From NCBI GenBank assembly GCA_032718475.1, contig JAUCBJ010001192.1, forward strand, positions 1 through 36,768: 36,768 nucleotides of DNA, given 5' to 3'. Shown here piece by piece: positions 33,771 through 36,768 of this stretch. Made by a program: the position numbers and the translations under genes. The notes below the pieces were generated by a model that was not told where the DNA came from, ran no database searches, and worked only from the letters and a program-made list of their open reading frames with translations. The number at the start of each line of letters is the position of its first letter. Position 1 is the stretch's first letter. This DNA comes from Nemertoderma westbladi. Lineage: Eukaryota; Animalia; Xenacoelomorpha.

Positions 33771-33885
33771 ATCTCCACTCCCCCCCCCGTCCTGTTTCCC
33801 AAGTGACGTTAAAATCATTAAATTCGACGTTTATTCATGAGTATACGAGTATCAACATATAAATAATAACTAATATGTGTAAAAT

Positions 33886-34053
33886 GTAGCACATTATATG
33901 ATTACTGTAGCACTTTATATGATTAATGCAGCACTTTATATGATTAATGCAGCATTTTATATGATTAATATAGCACTTTATATGATTAATGCAGCACTTT
34001 ATGATTAATATAGCACTTTATATGATTAATGCAGCACTTTATATGATTACTGT
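33886..34053. repeat. 21-bp minisatellite, about 8 copies
   Basis: Unit gcagcactttatatgattaat. Confidence 0.92.
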
Positions 34054-34969
34054 AAGATTTGAAAATAAATAGAGAATTCAGGTTAGTACTTCGCACGATG
34101 TATTTATATTTTAAATCGGAAACATTACTGCGACTAATAATTTGTTATCGCAGTAACGCTAAGCACCGGGAATTAGAGCCGTTAGTCTACAAACTTCACT
34201 AAACATTCGTGTAGGCACTGTGAAGAATCTCAGACTCACTTCTAATTCACTCAACTAATATGAGCCCCTACTTGACATGTCCGATTTTACCCCCGGGAAT
34301 AACATTGATAGCAAATACAGCAGCGCTAAATTTCCCGCCGACCCCAAACATCAATTATTATACATCAAGGCGTCAAGGTAAATAATTTTAAGAAAAAAAA
34401 ACATACGATAAAGAGTGGGAGATATTACACTGCTTATTGCTCACTCCTACAGGTAGTACTGACTGCTTACACCTAAACTACAGACAGATAGTACTGATTA
34501 AAATATACGATATTGTTCAATCGACTAAATGTATTCAAGCTAAATGGGACCAATGGGAGGTCCGCATCCTCAACATCAGTCCTTCCCGTTGACAGGACTA
34601 CTTTTGTAAGCAGATACAGGCGGGTGCACCGAGAATTACAGAACGTGGTCTATATTTCATTTCAGATAAGGTAGGGGGGGGGGGGGGGGGGTGGGGGTGG
34701 GGGTGGGGAATTTCGGCAAAATGAAAATTAAACCCCTGTATAGGGGAAAATCTAAGCAAATAACAGCTGATTCCTCCCAAAAATGTAAATGTTACTTATA
34801 TTATTTGTTTTTGTTTCTGTGTTTATGTAATGTAATTATTGTTTTGGTTTAAATAACGCGACACTGTAAAAAAATACTTTAACATTATTAAACAACATTT
34901 ATATACAACAAACATCTAAAAAAAATAGCTAAGCTAAGTGTGTAGGAATGCTATCGGTTTGGACTGCGT

Positions 34970-35139
34970 TCAAGGGGGGCTAGAAGGCCATATCTCGTAG
35001 GCAAGGAACGGCATTATAAACGCGGTTGCCATGGTAGCGAGTAAATTAACACCGTTGTTATCTAGTATGTGGGCCCCCGATATCCATTTGGAAGTTTTCG
35101 TCGGATAATCAACTATTTTCCCGGAATCTTCCTCCCAAC
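34970..35139 (-). CDS. TMEM19: TMEM19 last coding exon
   Basis: tattttag acceptor, phase 1. Encodes (G)WEEDSGKIVDYPTKTSKWISGAHILDNNGVNLLATMATAFIMPFLAYEIWPSSPP*, with the conserved ILDNNxVNL motif. Confidence 0.9.
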
Positions 35140-36087
35140 CTAAAATATAATGAACAATAAATTAACGATATTCCAACTAAACACCGGTTGGTGGTGTGAA
35201 TGAACATACAATTTATAACACGGGGAATACTTTTTATCCAGTTTTCCTAACTAAAATTTGTAGAAAACAGTGCAATAAAGTACTGCTTTAGTACTTTCTA
35301 TCACCAAATTAGCGCTAGAAAGTGCGATATTTAGCTCAGTCGGCCGAGCGTAGCAGCTGTGTTACTTTTACTGGATGCGACGTTTAATTTTTCAGATAAA
35401 ATAGTGATTTGGAACTCCATCTTATTGAAGGGCATTACTTACACATGAAATACGCGTTTTTCATGTTTTTTCCATGTAATACGTAATTTTATTCTTTAAT
35501 TGGTGCTTTTTTGTTGCTCAATTCATTAATAACAGATAGAGCGATATAGTGTTACAAAATATTGAACTAGAGTATTTTACTATATTGCTTCCATAGTTAC
35601 AGCGATTCAAATTATTATTGTATATTGTATATACTCCTGAACTGCTGCCTTACTTAGTGTTCTCGAATATTTATTACGTAACTAGAGAGCCGCTTAACTA
35701 CATAAACCAATATTGGAAATTAATTTCTCTTTCGGTGCAGACCTTGCTGACCCAGGTATTAAAGTTGACGTTTGAGCGAGTGCATGAATTACATGGGAAT
35801 ATTTTCAACTTTTATGCTCCTTCAAGTTTCAACACGTCTTGAAAAAAAAATTTAAGAAATTTCACCAAAATATTTGCAAATATTTTTATTATTTTGCTTT
35901 CTTCGCCGGGAAAATAAGTACAATCAATGCTATTGTATGGGTGACTTTTTACACTAGGGGAAATAATTATTAATTTTACTTCCGATTTTGGTCTATTGAA
36001 GAATAAAATAGTTTACCGGATCGGCTTTTAAAGATTACAGTATCCTGTAGTTCCTCAACTCAAACATTGTAACATAGTGATACTCAC

Positions 36088-36291
36088 CGGAATATTGCAA
36101 TGTAGACCCCAAAACTGAGTCAATTAGTGAACCAATAAACCCAGACATAGACCCGAATACAAGCAGCGGCCATTGGGGAACTGTGGTTGTTGGTAAAAGG
36201 AAATAAGTTGACCAATAGTAAACAAGCGATACACAGAAACCAGCCAATAGACTGCTTACAGTACCAACTAGTGATACCCCTCCATTAGTAC
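36088..36291 (-). CDS. TMEM19: TMEM19 penultimate coding exon
   Basis: ctttag acceptor, gtgagt donor, phase 1-1. Encodes GTNGGVSLVGTVSSLLAG...QWPLLVFGSMSGFIGSLIDSVLGSTLQYSG (DUF92/TMEM19 family). Confidence 0.93.
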
Positions 36292-36337
36292 CTAAAGTAG
36301 TTAAATGGAAAATAAATATAGTACAGTTACATCATAT

Positions 36338-36747
36338 CCCTTGGTATAACTCGTTTTATAACCTCGCTCGTTGTGCTCATGTGGAAAATTGTACATCTCG
36401 GGGTCGCCGGTAAATAAAGCGATATTGTATTTCCATGTAATAAATAGTTATAATTTATTCGCAGACGAATATAAATTTCGCAAAATACTGTAGTGAATAT
36501 TGTATTTAAACTAGTGTCATTAATCTAGATACGAAATAAACTAATCTAATATTTATTTGGAAGGTTTTCCACCATATACCGTATATCATATTATATTGGC
36601 GTAAGTATTTTATTGCCATAGTACATACCGGTACACACGCCATAACGCCAATATATATCTTACGGTGTACCAAACTCACCAGCAGGAACCTGTTTAAGGT
36701 TTACAACCAATGTCACCGAAGGTCTGTTGAACGCGCCCCCTAGTTCA
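36338..36747 (+). repeat. Dispersed repeat, copy 2, in a TMEM19 intron
   Basis: Direct homologue of 30076-30483. Confidence 0.8.
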
Positions 36748-36768
36748 CTGGCCCAGGTGTCACCAGCA

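Noticed and set aside
34672-34708. G-quadruplex-forming G tract (also the C tract at 30452-30477) and its polyproline ORF
   Set aside because: Low-complexity homopolymer with no evidence of function.
35025-35038. X-box-like gttgccatggtagc
   Set aside because: Lies within TMEM19 coding sequence (ATMAT) and is explained by codons.
36035-36247. Stand-alone 70-aa protein
   Set aside because: It is an internal TMEM19 exon read into the intron.

Overview
AT-rich animal (invertebrate-like) genomic DNA, not prokaryotic; the species cannot be identified from this window. Four host genes are supported, all on the minus strand: the first exons of a Rab32/Rab38-family GTPase (6105-6718, missed by the ORF track), an intronless 15-finger C2H2 zinc-finger gene (23109-24797), an intronless KLHL10-like BTB-BACK-Kelch gene (31158-32957) and the last two coding exons of TMEM19 (34970-36291). 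The rest is densely nested transposable elements. These include a tandemly duplicated non-autonomous Helitron/Helentron inside a CR1/L2-group LINE, a 40-bp minisatellite, tRNA-derived SINEs, a TIR DNA transposon containing a deleted BEL/Pao LTR retrotransposon, several MITEs with 8-9-bp TSDs, and a Penelope-type minimal hammerhead ribozyme. The main observation is that a single minus-strand LINE is split at one TA dinucleotide into halves 17 kb apart (10343 / 27343), and the intervening block carries the zinc-finger gene. The window also shows many TA-x-TA transposon excision footprints, two confirmed against paralogous empty sites inside the window; another such footprint removes the 16th finger of the zinc-finger protein. 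All alignments were done by eye.
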